A stretch of 64,000 nucleotides of DNA from Candidatus Micrarchaeota archaeon. Its GTDB lineage: Archaea > Micrarchaeota > Micrarchaeia > Anstonellales > Bilamarchaeaceae. The DNA is taken from positions 734,151-798,150 of the forward strand of contig JBDRCX010000006.1 in the NCBI GenBank assembly GCA_043821365.1, in the 5' to 3' direction. How positions within the stretch are numbered: the stretch's first letter is position 1; the number at the start of each line of letters is the position of its first letter. This document shows positions 1 through 9,509 of the stretch, in pieces. The position numbers and the translations under genes were made by a program. The notes below the pieces were generated by a model that did no database searches, was not told the origin of the DNA, and saw nothing but the letters and a program-made list of their open reading frames with translations.

Positions 1-20
1 TACCGTTGAGCTACGTGCCC
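1..20 (-). tRNA. 5' end of a tRNA gene, truncated by the window edge; isotype not determinable
   Basis: Reverse complement reads GGGCACG-TA-GCTC-AACGGTA: acceptor 5' strand, T8A9, D-stem and D-loop with GG. Confidence 0.75.
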
Positions 21-22
21 GT

Positions 23-45
23 GCAACTTTTTAGTAAAAAGTTGC
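23..45. repeat. Perfect 10-bp inverted repeat immediately 5' of the tRNA
   Basis: GCAACTTTTT-AGT-AAAAAGTTGC. Confidence 0.9.
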
Positions 46-60
46 TCAAAAATAGTCAAT

Positions 61-285
61 TTAAGATGGCGATATAAAAGTTACTGAGTCACCGCGCAAC
101 AAAACTGTGCCGACTCCTCTTTTGACTTCACCATTGACCATCTGTTCTGCTTTTTCAAGAACAATGTTCATGTGTACATCGTATGCTACCATCACGCCTC
201 GGAATTCATTTCCTCCTTTCATACCGATTATGACGGTGTTGTTCAATGAGCTATTCAATACATCAAATGGTCTTCTTTCTGGCAT
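61..285 (-). CDS. Sm-like archaeal protein (Lsm/SmAP)
   Basis: RPFDVLNSSLNNTVII..GVMVAYDVHMNIVL..VLLRGDSV Sm1/Sm2 motifs; GAGGTGA SD before ATG at 285 (ORF-track start 345 is too long). Confidence 0.92.
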   Translation of the reverse strand: MPERRPFDVLNSSLNNTVIIGMKGGNEFRGVMVAYDVHMNIVLEKAEQMVNGEVKRGVGTVLLRGDSVTFISPS

Positions 286-341
286 AAAAAATTCACCTCT
301 AAAAATAAACTCTTTTAATCTATCATCATAGGTTTTAAAAG

Positions 342-815
342 TCATTCGTTATTTACAATTGTTTCTATTTTTCCTGGTCCTTTGAATATAATTATTCTAT
401 CTGCAGTGTTTCTAAGTGCGGCACTGAATGCAACATCAGTTGCAATGATCATAGTTCTTTTGCCCTTTGCCTTTGCCTTTCTTAAGACGGGTAAATAATC
501 AGTATCTCTGGTCATGAGTGCAATTGTGTCTATATCTTTGTCAATAACATACTCCATTGCTTCAATGGCCATAGTAACATCAACATCGCCAGTGGTTATC
601 TCAGTTTGAAAACCTTGATTTACCATAGCCTCAATCAGCTTGTCAGATGCAAACTGATCAAGATATATTTTTGCAACACGGATATTACCAAAACGTGAAA
701 TCTCTTTTCTAAGTTCATGGAGATCCACATTGAATGCTTTCCTTAAAATATTTGGACCGTCAACCAAAAGTGCAATATCTGGTCGTTCCTTTTTTCTTTT
801 TAAAAAATCAAACAT
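342..815 (-). CDS. NYN domain protein (LabA/DUF88, PIN-like)
   Basis: LLVDGPN, GDVDVTMAIEAM, LMTRDTDYLPVL acidic NYN motifs. Confidence 0.88.
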   Translation of the reverse strand: MFDFLKRKKERPDIALLVDGPNILRKAFNVDLHELRKEISRFGNIRVAKIYLDQFASDKLIEAMVNQGFQTEITTGDVDVTMAIEAMEYVIDKDIDTIALMTRDTDYLPVLRKAKAKGKRTMIIATDVAFSAALRNTADRIIIFKGPGKIETIVNNE

Positions 816-835
816 TTAATCTACTCCAGGTGGCA

Positions 836-884
836 ATCGTGTTCGTCGCAACGAACGCGATACATATGGAACTATTGTTCCATA
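836..884. repeat. Two adjacent hairpins at the 3' end of tatD
   Basis: ATCGTGTTCGT-CGCA-ACGAACGCGAT (836-861) and TATGGAAC-TATT-GTTCCATA (865-884). Confidence 0.85.
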
Positions 885-1606
885 CTGAAATTAAAAAATT
901 TCATCGCATTTTCGCTAGTTGCATTCGCAACTTTAACAGTTTCTATATTCTTTACTTCTGCAATATACGCAATAGCTTCGCGTATAACTTCCGGTGTTCT
1001 ACCAACATATGGCGAATCACTTTCCACCAAAAGTCTATTCAGTGGTACAATATTAATAACCTTTCTACGCTCCTTCGACCTAAGGTGGGTTATTGATATA
1101 TACCCACCACTATCTACAATTTTTTTTGCCTGTTCTTCAGAACCACAATAAAAGTGCATTAGTACTCTCATCTCAGTTGTCATGCTAATGATGTCATCAA
1201 CAGCATTTTTTGGAAGGTTATTTTCATTAGGATTATTTCTCGAATGTATTACAAGAGGAAGATCAAATTCCTTCGCAAGGTCAATCATCTTTTGAAACAC
1301 GATTTTTTCATTTTCAACGTGTTCGTTTGTTTGTGCCCACTTATAGTCTAAACCAACTTCACCGATTGCATTTGGTTTGTTATTTCTAATAAATTCCACC
1401 CACTCGTCTACTTTTGTTATTCCCTCCTTTACAGTACTCTGCGGTGCAATCCCCAATATGAAAGGATAATTATGCTCCTTTGCAAAATCAACTACTTTTT
1501 TGTTTGCGCCATGCGAGTATCCTGCAACTACTGGGTAAATATCTGGAGGCAGAACATAGTCTTTTTTCATTTCAAAAAGATGGGTATGTGAGTCCACAAG
1601 TTTCAT
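872..1606 (-). CDS. tatD: TatD family metal-dependent DNase
   Basis: DSHTH, AIGEVGLDY, LPLVIHSR, MHFY, LLVESDSPY motifs. Confidence 0.92.
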   Translation of the reverse strand: MKLVDSHTHLFEMKKDYVLPPDIYPVVAGYSHGANKKVVDFAKEHNYPFILGIAPQSTVKEGITKVDEWVEFIRNNKPNAIGEVGLDYKWAQTNEHVENEKIVFQKMIDLAKEFDLPLVIHSRNNPNENNLPKNAVDDIISMTTEMRVLMHFYCGSEEQAKKIVDSGGYISITHLRSKERRKVINIVPLNRLLVESDSPYVGRTPEVIREAIAYIAEVKNIETVKVANATSENAMKFFNFSMEQ

Positions 1607-1777
1607 GTTTTTTGGTTAATCGTTTCATGTTATAAATGCTTTGTGGTTTATCTCTGGTACTTTCACCAGGTGGGGGTGAGGGGAAAGTTTAGTTTAAAAA
1701 CCCTAATGTCTTATAAGTATACCTCTGTCCGAATTATCAGATGTAAATTGAAATCGGAATTCCAATAAGGTGTATTA

Positions 1778-2170
1778 ATGGTTGACAAAATTTTTGCTAT
1801 TGCAAAGGAATTAAGAGTAGGCAAGTATGTCATGATTGATGACATACCCTGCAAGGTTGTTGAGATTGAAAGTTCAAAACCAGGTAAGCATGGTTCAGCT
1901 AAGATGAGGATTACAGGAATTGGTGTTTTCGGAGGACAGAAAAAGACACTCCTAAGTCCTGGTGATGCTGATGTTGTAATCCCAATAATCGAAAGAAAAA
2001 ATGTTCAAATAATGTCAGTAAGCGGAAATAATGCTCAGGTTATGGATCAACAATCATATGAAGTTTATGATCTTGAGATTCCAGAAGAACTTCTTAGTCA
2101 AATAGCACCTGGGAAAGAGGCTGAAATTTTAGAAACAATGGGTAGGAAAATGATGGAGAGGATAAAATGA
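1778..2170 (+). CDS. eif5a: Translation factor eIF5A
   Basis: SKPGKHGSAK hypusination motif. Confidence 0.97.
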   Translation: MVDKIFAIAKELRVGKYVMIDDIPCKVVEIESSKPGKHGSAKMRITGIGVFGGQKKTLLSPGDADVVIPIIERKNVQIMSVSGNNAQVMDQQSYEVYDLEIPEELLSQIAPGKEAEILETMGRKMMERIK

Positions 2171-2490
2171 ATGTTAATATCGTTTCGAACACTGATAATA
2201 AATTATTAGACAGGAAAGAAGTGAAAGCAGAAATAAGCTTTACTGGTTCTACACCAAATCGGACACAGCTCAAAGAGGCAGTTGGACAAAAAATAGGTGC
2301 CAACCCAGAACTAATTGCTTTGAGGCAAGTTACAAGTAATTTCGGTAGGCACTCTGTGAAAGTTACTGCCTATGCATATTCATCAAAAGAGAGTTTAATG
2401 GGAGTCGAACCAGTTCACATAAAAGTAAGGGAAGGACTCATACAAAAACCAGAAAAAAAGAAAAAAACATCTGGTTCAGCTAAGAAGTGA
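2167..2490 (+). CDS. rps24e: 30S ribosomal protein S24e
   Basis: NKLLDRKEV, GSTPNR, SNFG, AYAY; conserved position before rps27ae. Confidence 0.92.
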   Translation: MNVNIVSNTDNKLLDRKEVKAEISFTGSTPNRTQLKEAVGQKIGANPELIALRQVTSNFGRHSVKVTAYAYSSKESLMGVEPVHIKVREGLIQKPEKKKKTSGSAKK

Positions 2491-2494
2491 TTAA

Positions 2495-2659
2495 ATGGCT
2501 GACGATAAGAAAAAACCTGCACCAGCAGCAAAAAAGAAAGAAAAACCAAAGGCCTACAAACCATCAAAATCATGTCCAAAATGTGGGGCAGGAGTAAGAT
2601 TGGCAGAACACAAAGATAGGCGTTCTTGCGGTAAGTGTGGCTACTTTGAGAAAAAATGA
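2495..2659 (+). CDS. rps27ae: 30S ribosomal protein S27ae (54 aa, not in ORF track)
   Basis: Hand translation [54 protein letters not shown]; CPKCG..AEHKDR..CGKCGY signature. Confidence 0.95.
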   Translation: MADDKKKPAPAAKKKEKPKAYKPSKSCPKCGAGVRLAEHKDRRSCGKCGYFEKK

Positions 2660-3321
2660 AACAATTTTTTCTTTTTCTTGCACTTTTTTCAATTATTCTA
2701 CTTTTATTCGTTTTAATTTCTAATTCACTTGATTTATTTCCTTCATTAGTTCAACATTATTCTCTTCTTGGTTCATTGGCAATTCAAATGTTCATCTTTT
2801 TTACGGCATTGTTCTTTCTTTGGAAGAAAGACCTCAGATCAACATTACATTCGATTGGTTTCCCAGGTTCGCCAATTAATACAGTAATCTTTACTATTGT
2901 TGGTCTGCTTTTGATGTTCTTACTATTGGTTGTTCTCGGTGTTTTGGCAACTTTTGGAGGGTTCAATGATCAAGAAAAAATATCTGATAAGGTTGCTTCA
3001 TTACCATTGGTTGTTCTTTTGTTCGCTGTTCTTCTAGCTCCAATAGGAGAGGAACTTTTTTTCCGTGCATTATTAGTTCCAAGATTCGATAACTTTTTTT
3101 TAAAACTAATTAAAATTCCCCATCTTGGTATTTTTTTCTCATCAGTTGTTTTTAGTATATCTCATTTTGCTTATGGTTCAATTGTTGAAATACTTGGCGT
3201 GTTTGTGATTGGCATTCTTTTGGCAGTTATTTTCAAGGCATCTAAAAGCATAACTCCCTGTATAGTTATTCATATGATTTATAATGGAATTTCAATATTA
3301 GCTATGAAGTTGTTGGAGTAG
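2656..3321 (+). CDS. CPBP (CAAX protease/Abi family) intramembrane metalloprotease
   Basis: Multiple TM segments; [14 protein letters not shown] and HMIYN motifs. Confidence 0.88.
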   Translation: MKQFFLFLALFSIILLLFVLISNSLDLFPSLVQHYSLLGSLAIQMFIFFTALFFLWKKDLRSTLHSIGFPGSPINTVIFTIVGLLLMFLLLVVLGVLATFGGFNDQEKISDKVASLPLVVLLFAVLLAPIGEELFFRALLVPRFDNFFLKLIKIPHLGIFFSSVVFSISHFAYGSIVEILGVFVIGILLAVIFKASKSITPCIVIHMIYNGISILAMKLLE

Positions 3322-3326
3322 GTATT

Positions 3327-4298
3327 ATGATAACACTTGGGATAGAAGCAACTGCACACACACTGTCAATAGGCATTGCCAAAAACAACAAAATTCTATC
3401 TAATATTATTGATACCTATTCTGGTGGTGGGGAAGGTCTAATCCCCAGAAAAATGGCAGATCATCATTCAAATGTTTTCTCAGATGTTCTTTCAGGGAGT
3501 TTGTCTGCTGCTGATGTTTCTATTGAAGAGATAGATCTGATTGCTTTTTCTCAAGGGCCTGGAATTGGTGCTCCATTGTCAGTTGGTGTTTCAGCAGCAA
3601 AATATCTTGCAAGTAAATACAAAAAGAAAATTATCGGGGTTAATCATTGTTATGCCCATGTGAAAATAAGCGAATTTTGTTGTAAAGTAAAAAATCCACT
3701 TATTCTTTACATTTCTGGTGGCAACAGTCAAATATTAGTTGAATCTGGTTCCTTTTATCATGTTCTTGGAGAAACATTGGACATTGGCATTGGAAATCTT
3801 TTTGACAGCTTTGCTAGAGCGATAAATATGAAACATGCACATGGTTCAGCACTTTCAAAACTTGCAGAAGGTGGGAAATATGTTGAATTGCCATATTCAG
3901 TAAAGGGTATGAATTTAGTTTTTTCAGGGCTACTCACTGCAGCAGAAAAAGCAGCAAAGACCAATGAACATAAAGATGTTGCATATTCATTGATGGAAAC
4001 TGCATTTGCAATGACTTGTGAAGTTACTGAAAGAGCATTATTTTTAACTAAGAAAAAAAATCTTGTTGTTTGTGGTGGAGTTGCACAGAATAGAAGGCTT
4101 CAGCAGATGCTCAAGACAATGTGTGAAGAAGATGGAATCAAATTCGGTGTTGGACCAGATGAATATAATCGTGATAATGGTGCTATGATTGCATATGCAG
4201 GATGGTTACAATACAAAAAATATGGGGATTTTTCAATAGAAAATTGTGTTCCTGTTACTAATTATCGTATAGATCGTATGGGGGAAATTCTAGGGTAA
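3327..4298 (+). CDS. kae1: tRNA t6A synthesis protein Kae1/TsaD
   Basis: LGIEATAH, VNHCYAH, YISGGNSQ, GETLDIGIGN, DNGAMIA. Confidence 0.95.
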   Translation: MITLGIEATAHTLSIGIAKNNKILSNIIDTYSGGGEGLIPRKMADHHSNVFSDVLSGSLSAADVSIEEIDLIAFSQGPGIGAPLSVGVSAAKYLASKYKKKIIGVNHCYAHVKISEFCCKVKNPLILYISGGNSQILVESGSFYHVLGETLDIGIGNLFDSFARAINMKHAHGSALSKLAEGGKYVELPYSVKGMNLVFSGLLTAAEKAAKTNEHKDVAYSLMETAFAMTCEVTERALFLTKKKNLVVCGGVAQNRRLQQMLKTMCEEDGIKFGVGPDEYNRDNGAMIAYAGWLQYKKYGDFSIENCVPVTNYRIDRMGEILG

Positions 4299-4319
4299 AT
4301 TTTAATTATTTAATGGATA

Positions 4320-5090
4320 ATGATATTCATGAAATTACTCAAACTTGGCGGTTCTTTAATCACAAACAAATCAGGATGGAAAGAAGCAAATCCAGAGAAC
4401 ATAAATGCTCTTGCAAAGGCAGTTGCCTCTGCATGGAAAAAATCTCCACGGGATTGGATTATTGTTCATGGGGCAGGTTCTTTTGGTCATCCTTTGGTAG
4501 TTAAATATGGTATAAATAATGGAGTGAAAAACACTCAACAAAAACTCTCATTTGCATTAACCCACAATGCATGTATGGAATTATCTGCTCTTGTTTGTTC
4601 AGCTTTAAATGCAGTAGGAATTCCGGCAGTTTCAATACCTCCAGCTATGATTATTACATCAAAAAATAAGAGGATTCATTCTTTTGATATGAAAATTGTT
4701 GAAGATTATTTAGAATCCGGATTTGTCCCAGTTCTTTTTGGGGACATGGTTCCTGATTTGGACCTGGGTGGTTCTGTTTGTTCTGGTGATCAAATCATCT
4801 CATACCTAGGTAAATCAGCAGAGCAAATCATTCTTGCAACTGATGTTGATGGTGTTTTAGACGATAAAAACAATGTGATTACAGAAATTAATGAACAAAA
4901 TTTTACTGAGATTTCAAAACATCTAAAAGATTCTGATAGAAAAGACGTTACTGGTGCGATGGCCGGTAAACTAAATGAACTATTACAATTGGATACTCCT
5001 TCGTACATTGTTAATGGACTAAAACCAGAAAGAATAGAATCTCTTATGTTAGGGAAACAAACAATCTCTACAAAAGTTTCTAAAAAATAG
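4320..5090 (+). CDS. ipk: Isopentenyl phosphate kinase
   Basis: KLGGSLITNK, VHGAGSFGH, PVLFGD, SGDQI, DVTGAMAGK amino-acid-kinase fold with the IPK His. Confidence 0.92.
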   Translation: MIFMKLLKLGGSLITNKSGWKEANPENINALAKAVASAWKKSPRDWIIVHGAGSFGHPLVVKYGINNGVKNTQQKLSFALTHNACMELSALVCSALNAVGIPAVSIPPAMIITSKNKRIHSFDMKIVEDYLESGFVPVLFGDMVPDLDLGGSVCSGDQIISYLGKSAEQIILATDVDGVLDDKNNVITEINEQNFTEISKHLKDSDRKDVTGAMAGKLNELLQLDTPSYIVNGLKPERIESLMLGKQTISTKVSKK

Positions 5091-5095
5091 AATTT

Positions 5096-5500
5096 TCAAT
5101 CTTCTTGGATAGTTACTGTTCCCTCATTCCCATTAACCTCTACTGTCATACCATCTGTTAATATTTTGTATAAATCAGTTTCTGGCTTGTCAACCATTGG
5201 AATTTTTGATATAATTGCTCCAACAGATATTATTGGTTCTGCTTCAACATTAACTATTGCAGATGGTGCTTTTTTGTTTTTAGCAAGCTGAAGCATGACA
5301 TAAGATCCAACTGTTGATCCTTTCCCTCTTGGAAATACTAATACTGTGTCTGCTATACATTTACCTTGAATGGAATGACCTTCTTCCATGACAATTCCAG
5401 TTTCTGGGTCAACTCCTCCTAGAAATGAAATTGGGTCCTTTGATAAAAGCACTTTCCCAGTTGCAGTTCCTTTAGAAATAGTTCTGCATTTTATTTCCAT
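5096..5500 (-). CDS. AcnX small (swivel) subunit, phosphomevalonate dehydratase small subunit (DUF126)
   Basis: ISFLGGVDPETG, GKGSTVGS, EPIISVGAII. Confidence 0.92.
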   Translation of the reverse strand: MEIKCRTISKGTATGKVLLSKDPISFLGGVDPETGIVMEEGHSIQGKCIADTVLVFPRGKGSTVGSYVMLQLAKNKKAPSAIVNVEAEPIISVGAIISKIPMVDKPETDLYKILTDGMTVEVNGNEGTVTIQED

Positions 5501-5532
5501 AATATCAAATCATATAATTATAAGGGAAAAAA

Positions 5533-6867
5533 TTAATATTCTAAGTACTGTCTAAGCTCCCACTGAGAAACTTGAGTAAGATACTGCCTCCATTCGTCTT
5601 TTTTTGCAGCTACATATACCTCAAATAAATGCTCTCCTAAAACTTCTCTCCCTAGTTTGCTTTCTTCTAAAAACATAATTGCTTCATGTAAAGATCCAGG
5701 TACAATTTTAATTCCATTTTCTGTTCGTCTTTGTTCTCCCATTTCAAATACATTTTCATCAACTGGTTCTGGTGCATTCAGTTTTCTTTTTACGCCATCA
5801 AGTCCTGCGCGTAGCATTGCAGCCAATGCAAAATATGGGTTAAAAGTAGGGTCCGGGACTCGTAATTCTACACGTACTGCATTGGCGTTTGAAGTGTGTG
5901 GAACCCGAAGTAATGCTGATCTATTTGTCCTTCCCCAGCATGCATTTACAGGAGCTTCATACCCCGGGACAAGTCTTTTGTACGAATTAACAGTTGGATT
6001 TAACAATGCACACAACCATCCGATATGTTCAAGTTGTCCTGCAATAAATTGTCGTGCTGTTTCAGAAAGACCATGCACTCCGCTTGGATCTGCAAATATA
6101 TTCCCATCTCCTTTCCATAAACTCTGGTGTACATGGGATCCACTTCCATTTACGCCTGCAATCGGTTTTGGCATAAAAGTAGCATGATAACCATACTTTG
6201 CTGCAATTGCCTTTACCACCATCTTAAATGTCATGGCATTGTCTGCTGTTTGCAAAGCATCTGCATATTTGAAACTTACTTCATGCTGGCTTCCAGCTAC
6301 TTCTGAATGTATCATTTCTGACTGTATTCCAAATGATGATAATGCAACTGCAATTTCCATCCTCATATTCCATCCAGGACTACCTGCATCATTGCTGAAG
6401 TATGTTCCATTTCCAGATGATGCAATAATGGGTTTGCCATCTTCACCTAATTTAAATAAGAAGAATTCAAGTTCTGGTCCAGTCTTATATGTAAGTCCTA
6501 ATCCTTTTGCAACTTCAAGTGCTCTTTTCAGTACGAATCTTGGATCATGTAATGATGGTTGTCCTTCCATATCATGAACATCACAAATTAATCTTGCAGT
6601 CTTTTTTTCTGGGTCAGTTACCCATGGAAGAACTGCGTAGGTACTCTCATCAGGTACAAGTACCATATCGCTTTCACAAATACGTGAGTATCCCTTTACT
6701 GACGAGCCATCAAAACCAACACCGCTTTTCAGTGCAACTTCAATTCTGTCAAAAGGTACAAACCCAGCTCTGGTGCAACCATGTATATCTGAGAATTGTA
6801 CAGCAACAAATTTTACTCCATCTTTTTTTACTCGTTCTACTAGTGATTGTTTTGTTTGTCTTGTCAT
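5533..6867 (-). CDS. glnA: Glutamine synthetase, type I
   Basis: GFDGSS, GPELEFFLF, SEVAGSQHE, FMPKP..NGSGSH, NSYKRLVPGYEAP, NRSALLRVP, ELRVPDP. Confidence 0.93.
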   Translation of the reverse strand: MTRQTKQSLVERVKKDGVKFVAVQFSDIHGCTRAGFVPFDRIEVALKSGVGFDGSSVKGYSRICESDMVLVPDESTYAVLPWVTDPEKKTARLICDVHDMEGQPSLHDPRFVLKRALEVAKGLGLTYKTGPELEFFLFKLGEDGKPIIASSGNGTYFSNDAGSPGWNMRMEIAVALSSFGIQSEMIHSEVAGSQHEVSFKYADALQTADNAMTFKMVVKAIAAKYGYHATFMPKPIAGVNGSGSHVHQSLWKGDGNIFADPSGVHGLSETARQFIAGQLEHIGWLCALLNPTVNSYKRLVPGYEAPVNACWGRTNRSALLRVPHTSNANAVRVELRVPDPTFNPYFALAAMLRAGLDGVKRKLNAPEPVDENVFEMGEQRRTENGIKIVPGSLHEAIMFLEESKLGREVLGEHLFEVYVAAKKDEWRQYLTQVSQWELRQYLEY

Positions 6868-6944
6868 CTTCCCGCCTCTTGGTTTTCCACTTTGCTAACA
6901 AATAATTATAAATAATTACATGGGTTTTATACCTGGCAATACCA

Positions 6945-8117
6945 TCAAATCAATTCCTCTATATCCTTAAAAACAACTTTCTGTTTGCACAACCCAGGTA
7001 GGTATTTTGCTGCTTTTCCAGAATTAACACCAGTTGTTTTGTAACCAATTGCTTCGATAGGACAAACAACCATGCAGGTATCTGCAACTATTCTTCCACC
7101 GGCATCTTCTATTTTTTTTGTCAATCCAATAGTATCTGCAATTTTCTTATTTGCTCTGGCAGTACAAATCCACAATTCTTTTTTCAATTTTTTTCCTTCA
7201 ACCAATTCTGCCACTTCTTTGATTTCATCTATTGAAGCATGTGGGCATCCAATTGTTATTAAATCAGCATCTTCACCAGTAATTAGTTTTTCTTTTGCTT
7301 CTTTGATATCTTTTTCTTCTATTGTGATTTTCTCAGGTTTGTCACTAATTTTCCATTCTGGTGTGATTCCTTGAACATAATAAAGTGCAACAGAGCCGCT
7401 TGCTGCCATAGATGCACCTAATGACTTCATCCTATCCTCATTTGCGTCTTTTTTATCTAATCCAGTAAAAGCCGGAATTTTATTCTTTACAGTTGATCCA
7501 ACTAGGTTTCCAAGTGCACCATAGTCTGTCATTTTGTTTAGTGGGCATTTTACTTCCACTAAATATTCTGCAACTCTATTCTCATCAAGGTGCAATCCAT
7601 ATTCTGGCGTAACTCCGCAAATTGCAGCTGCAAGTGCTGATGGCCCACCTTCCCGGTTTGTCCTTGCGCCAAGAACTGAATTACAAAAAGAAACTGCACT
7701 TGATTCTGCCCATGCAACATGTTCACCAACTTTTGGTCGTATTCCTATGAAATATGGGGTACATGTGCACGTGTTCATTATTCCCATTTTTGTATAACTT
7801 TCCAAGACTTGAATCTGTTTTTTTGCAAAATCTTCTGGAATTCTCATCTCTTTCCATTGTTCAACATCCATTCCAGCAGGATTGAGAAATGTTGGAACAG
7901 TAACCTTTGCTCCTTTTTTTACTAAGTCATCTAGATATTCCAAACCAGCATTGCCAATTGTTTTGAATGATACTCCTGCAATTTGCGCATTTGTTATTTT
8001 TATCATTTTTTTAGCATCATAAATCTTTCCAAGTGCAACTAGAATCTCAATTGATTGTTGGTTTGCTTCCCCCATTTCTCCATTGAACATTTTCTCTTCT
8101 TTTTCAGTAAGTTGCAC
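6945..8117 (-). CDS. AcnX large subunit, phosphomevalonate dehydratase large subunit (DUF521)
   Basis: TCTCTPY, WAESSA, GARTNREGGPSALAAAICG, GCPHAS, DTCMVVCP, NSGKAAKY. Confidence 0.95.
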   Translation of the reverse strand: MQLTEKEEKMFNGEMGEANQQSIEILVALGKIYDAKKMIKITNAQIAGVSFKTIGNAGLEYLDDLVKKGAKVTVPTFLNPAGMDVEQWKEMRIPEDFAKKQIQVLESYTKMGIMNTCTCTPYFIGIRPKVGEHVAWAESSAVSFCNSVLGARTNREGGPSALAAAICGVTPEYGLHLDENRVAEYLVEVKCPLNKMTDYGALGNLVGSTVKNKIPAFTGLDKKDANEDRMKSLGASMAASGSVALYYVQGITPEWKISDKPEKITIEEKDIKEAKEKLITGEDADLITIGCPHASIDEIKEVAELVEGKKLKKELWICTARANKKIADTIGLTKKIEDAGGRIVADTCMVVCPIEAIGYKTTGVNSGKAAKYLPGLCKQKVVFKDIEELI

Positions 8118-8126
8118 TAAACCACC

Positions 8127-9446
8127 TCACAAATACTCCATCAGATCAATTTTTTTCCATTGTGCTTTTGTGAAGTTTTTTCCCTTTAAAGAACTACTGT
8201 TATCGACATGCTGAATCAATGGTTTTGTTGCATCAACTCCCATCTTTGAAGTTTCATATGTATGTGAATCAGCACTTGGATCTAAAGATGATCCTTTTTG
8301 ATTTGTTTTTATCACCACATCTTTGTCTGCCTGTACTCTTGTTGCTATTGCCCATTCAACTTCCATTGAATTATCAATATCTATATCCTCATCAACAATC
8401 ACTACATGCTTCAATGATTTGTGTCCTGCAAAAGCAGCTTCAATTGCTTTTTTGCCATCATCTTCATTTTTCTTTTTAATAGAAACAACTGCATGAAGCC
8501 AAGAACATCCACCTGGAGTGATATTCACCCCGTTGCATTCACATACTTTATTCACTTCTGTGAAAATGGTTGGTTCTCTTGGCATTCCCATCAGTATTTT
8601 ATGTTCTAATCCGCCTGGCGGTAATACATGCCAAAGAGCATCATTTCTATGGTACATTTTTGTGATTTTCATAACCTGTTGTTTCCTTACAACGTCATAA
8701 GTCTCTGTTAAATCTACAAATGGTCCTTCATCATGAAGCTCTTTTGTTATTTTTCCTTCAAATGCAAATTCAGCGTCTGCAGGTACTTCAATTCCATTGC
8801 TTAATTTCACTGTCTTGACCGGCATCAAAGTGTTTGCAAATTCAAGTTCATCTTGGCCAACTTGTACTGACATTGCAGCAGAAAGCAAAACATTTATTGG
8901 TGCTCCAACAACAAAAGCAACGTCAAGTTCTCCGCCAGCCCTGTTTATGAATTCCTGAAGATGCCTGTTTAATATTCTCACTACAACCTTATCTTTGTCA
9001 ATAACCATCATCCTGTGAAAAGATAGGTTCCTCCCATATTCTTTGTCTTTTGAAATTACAATTGCAGATGAAAGATATGGCCCTCCATCTTTTTCAAAAT
9101 GCAATGGAATTGGTAATTTGCCTAGATCAATATCAGTTGTACTATTCTCAAGAACAGGGCCACTCTCTACTAAAGTTGGTTTTGTTGGATTCTTTATCGC
9201 ATGAACGAGTTTTGGTATCAGCTCTTCTTTTTTAACTCCAAGATACTCACAAACAAGATCCTTTGTTGAAAAAACATTTCCAACTGCTTTGAAATCTGAT
9301 CCTTTTATTTCTGGTGCATAAACAATATTTCCATCAATAGAATACATTAAACCTGCCAAATCAAGATTTTTTGATATTGGTTTTTTGATTTCTTTTACTT
9401 TTCCCTGTTTTCTTAATCTTTCAATAAATTCACGAAAAGAAAGCAT
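8127..9446 (-). CDS. ubiD: UbiD family decarboxylase (anhydromevalonate phosphate decarboxylase-like)
   Basis: DGGPY, NLSFHR, EGPFVD, PGGCSWLHAVV, SLDPS, MGVDAT; clustered with AcnX. Confidence 0.93.
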   Translation of the reverse strand: MLSFREFIERLRKQGKVKEIKKPISKNLDLAGLMYSIDGNIVYAPEIKGSDFKAVGNVFSTKDLVCEYLGVKKEELIPKLVHAIKNPTKPTLVESGPVLENSTTDIDLGKLPIPLHFEKDGGPYLSSAIVISKDKEYGRNLSFHRMMVIDKDKVVVRILNRHLQEFINRAGGELDVAFVVGAPINVLLSAAMSVQVGQDELEFANTLMPVKTVKLSNGIEVPADAEFAFEGKITKELHDEGPFVDLTETYDVVRKQQVMKITKMYHRNDALWHVLPPGGLEHKILMGMPREPTIFTEVNKVCECNGVNITPGGCSWLHAVVSIKKKNEDDGKKAIEAAFAGHKSLKHVVIVDEDIDIDNSMEVEWAIATRVQADKDVVIKTNQKGSSLDPSADSHTYETSKMGVDATKPLIQHVDNSSSLKGKNFTKAQWKKIDLMEYL

Positions 9447-9509
9447 TATTTCACCGATACTAATTCTTCTGGAGGATTTAAAATTAGTAGTAGTTGGTTG
9501 CGGTAAAAA

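Noticed and set aside
826-1673. CCAGGTGG 8-bp direct repeat on both sides of tatD as a target-site duplication
   Set aside because: Too short to be significant; tatD is a housekeeping-type gene with no mobile features.
6868-6944. Nitrogen regulator operator (NrpR GGAA-N6-TTCC or GlnR/TnrA box) upstream of glnA
   Set aside because: No matching symmetric site found; only a generic AT-rich near-palindrome.
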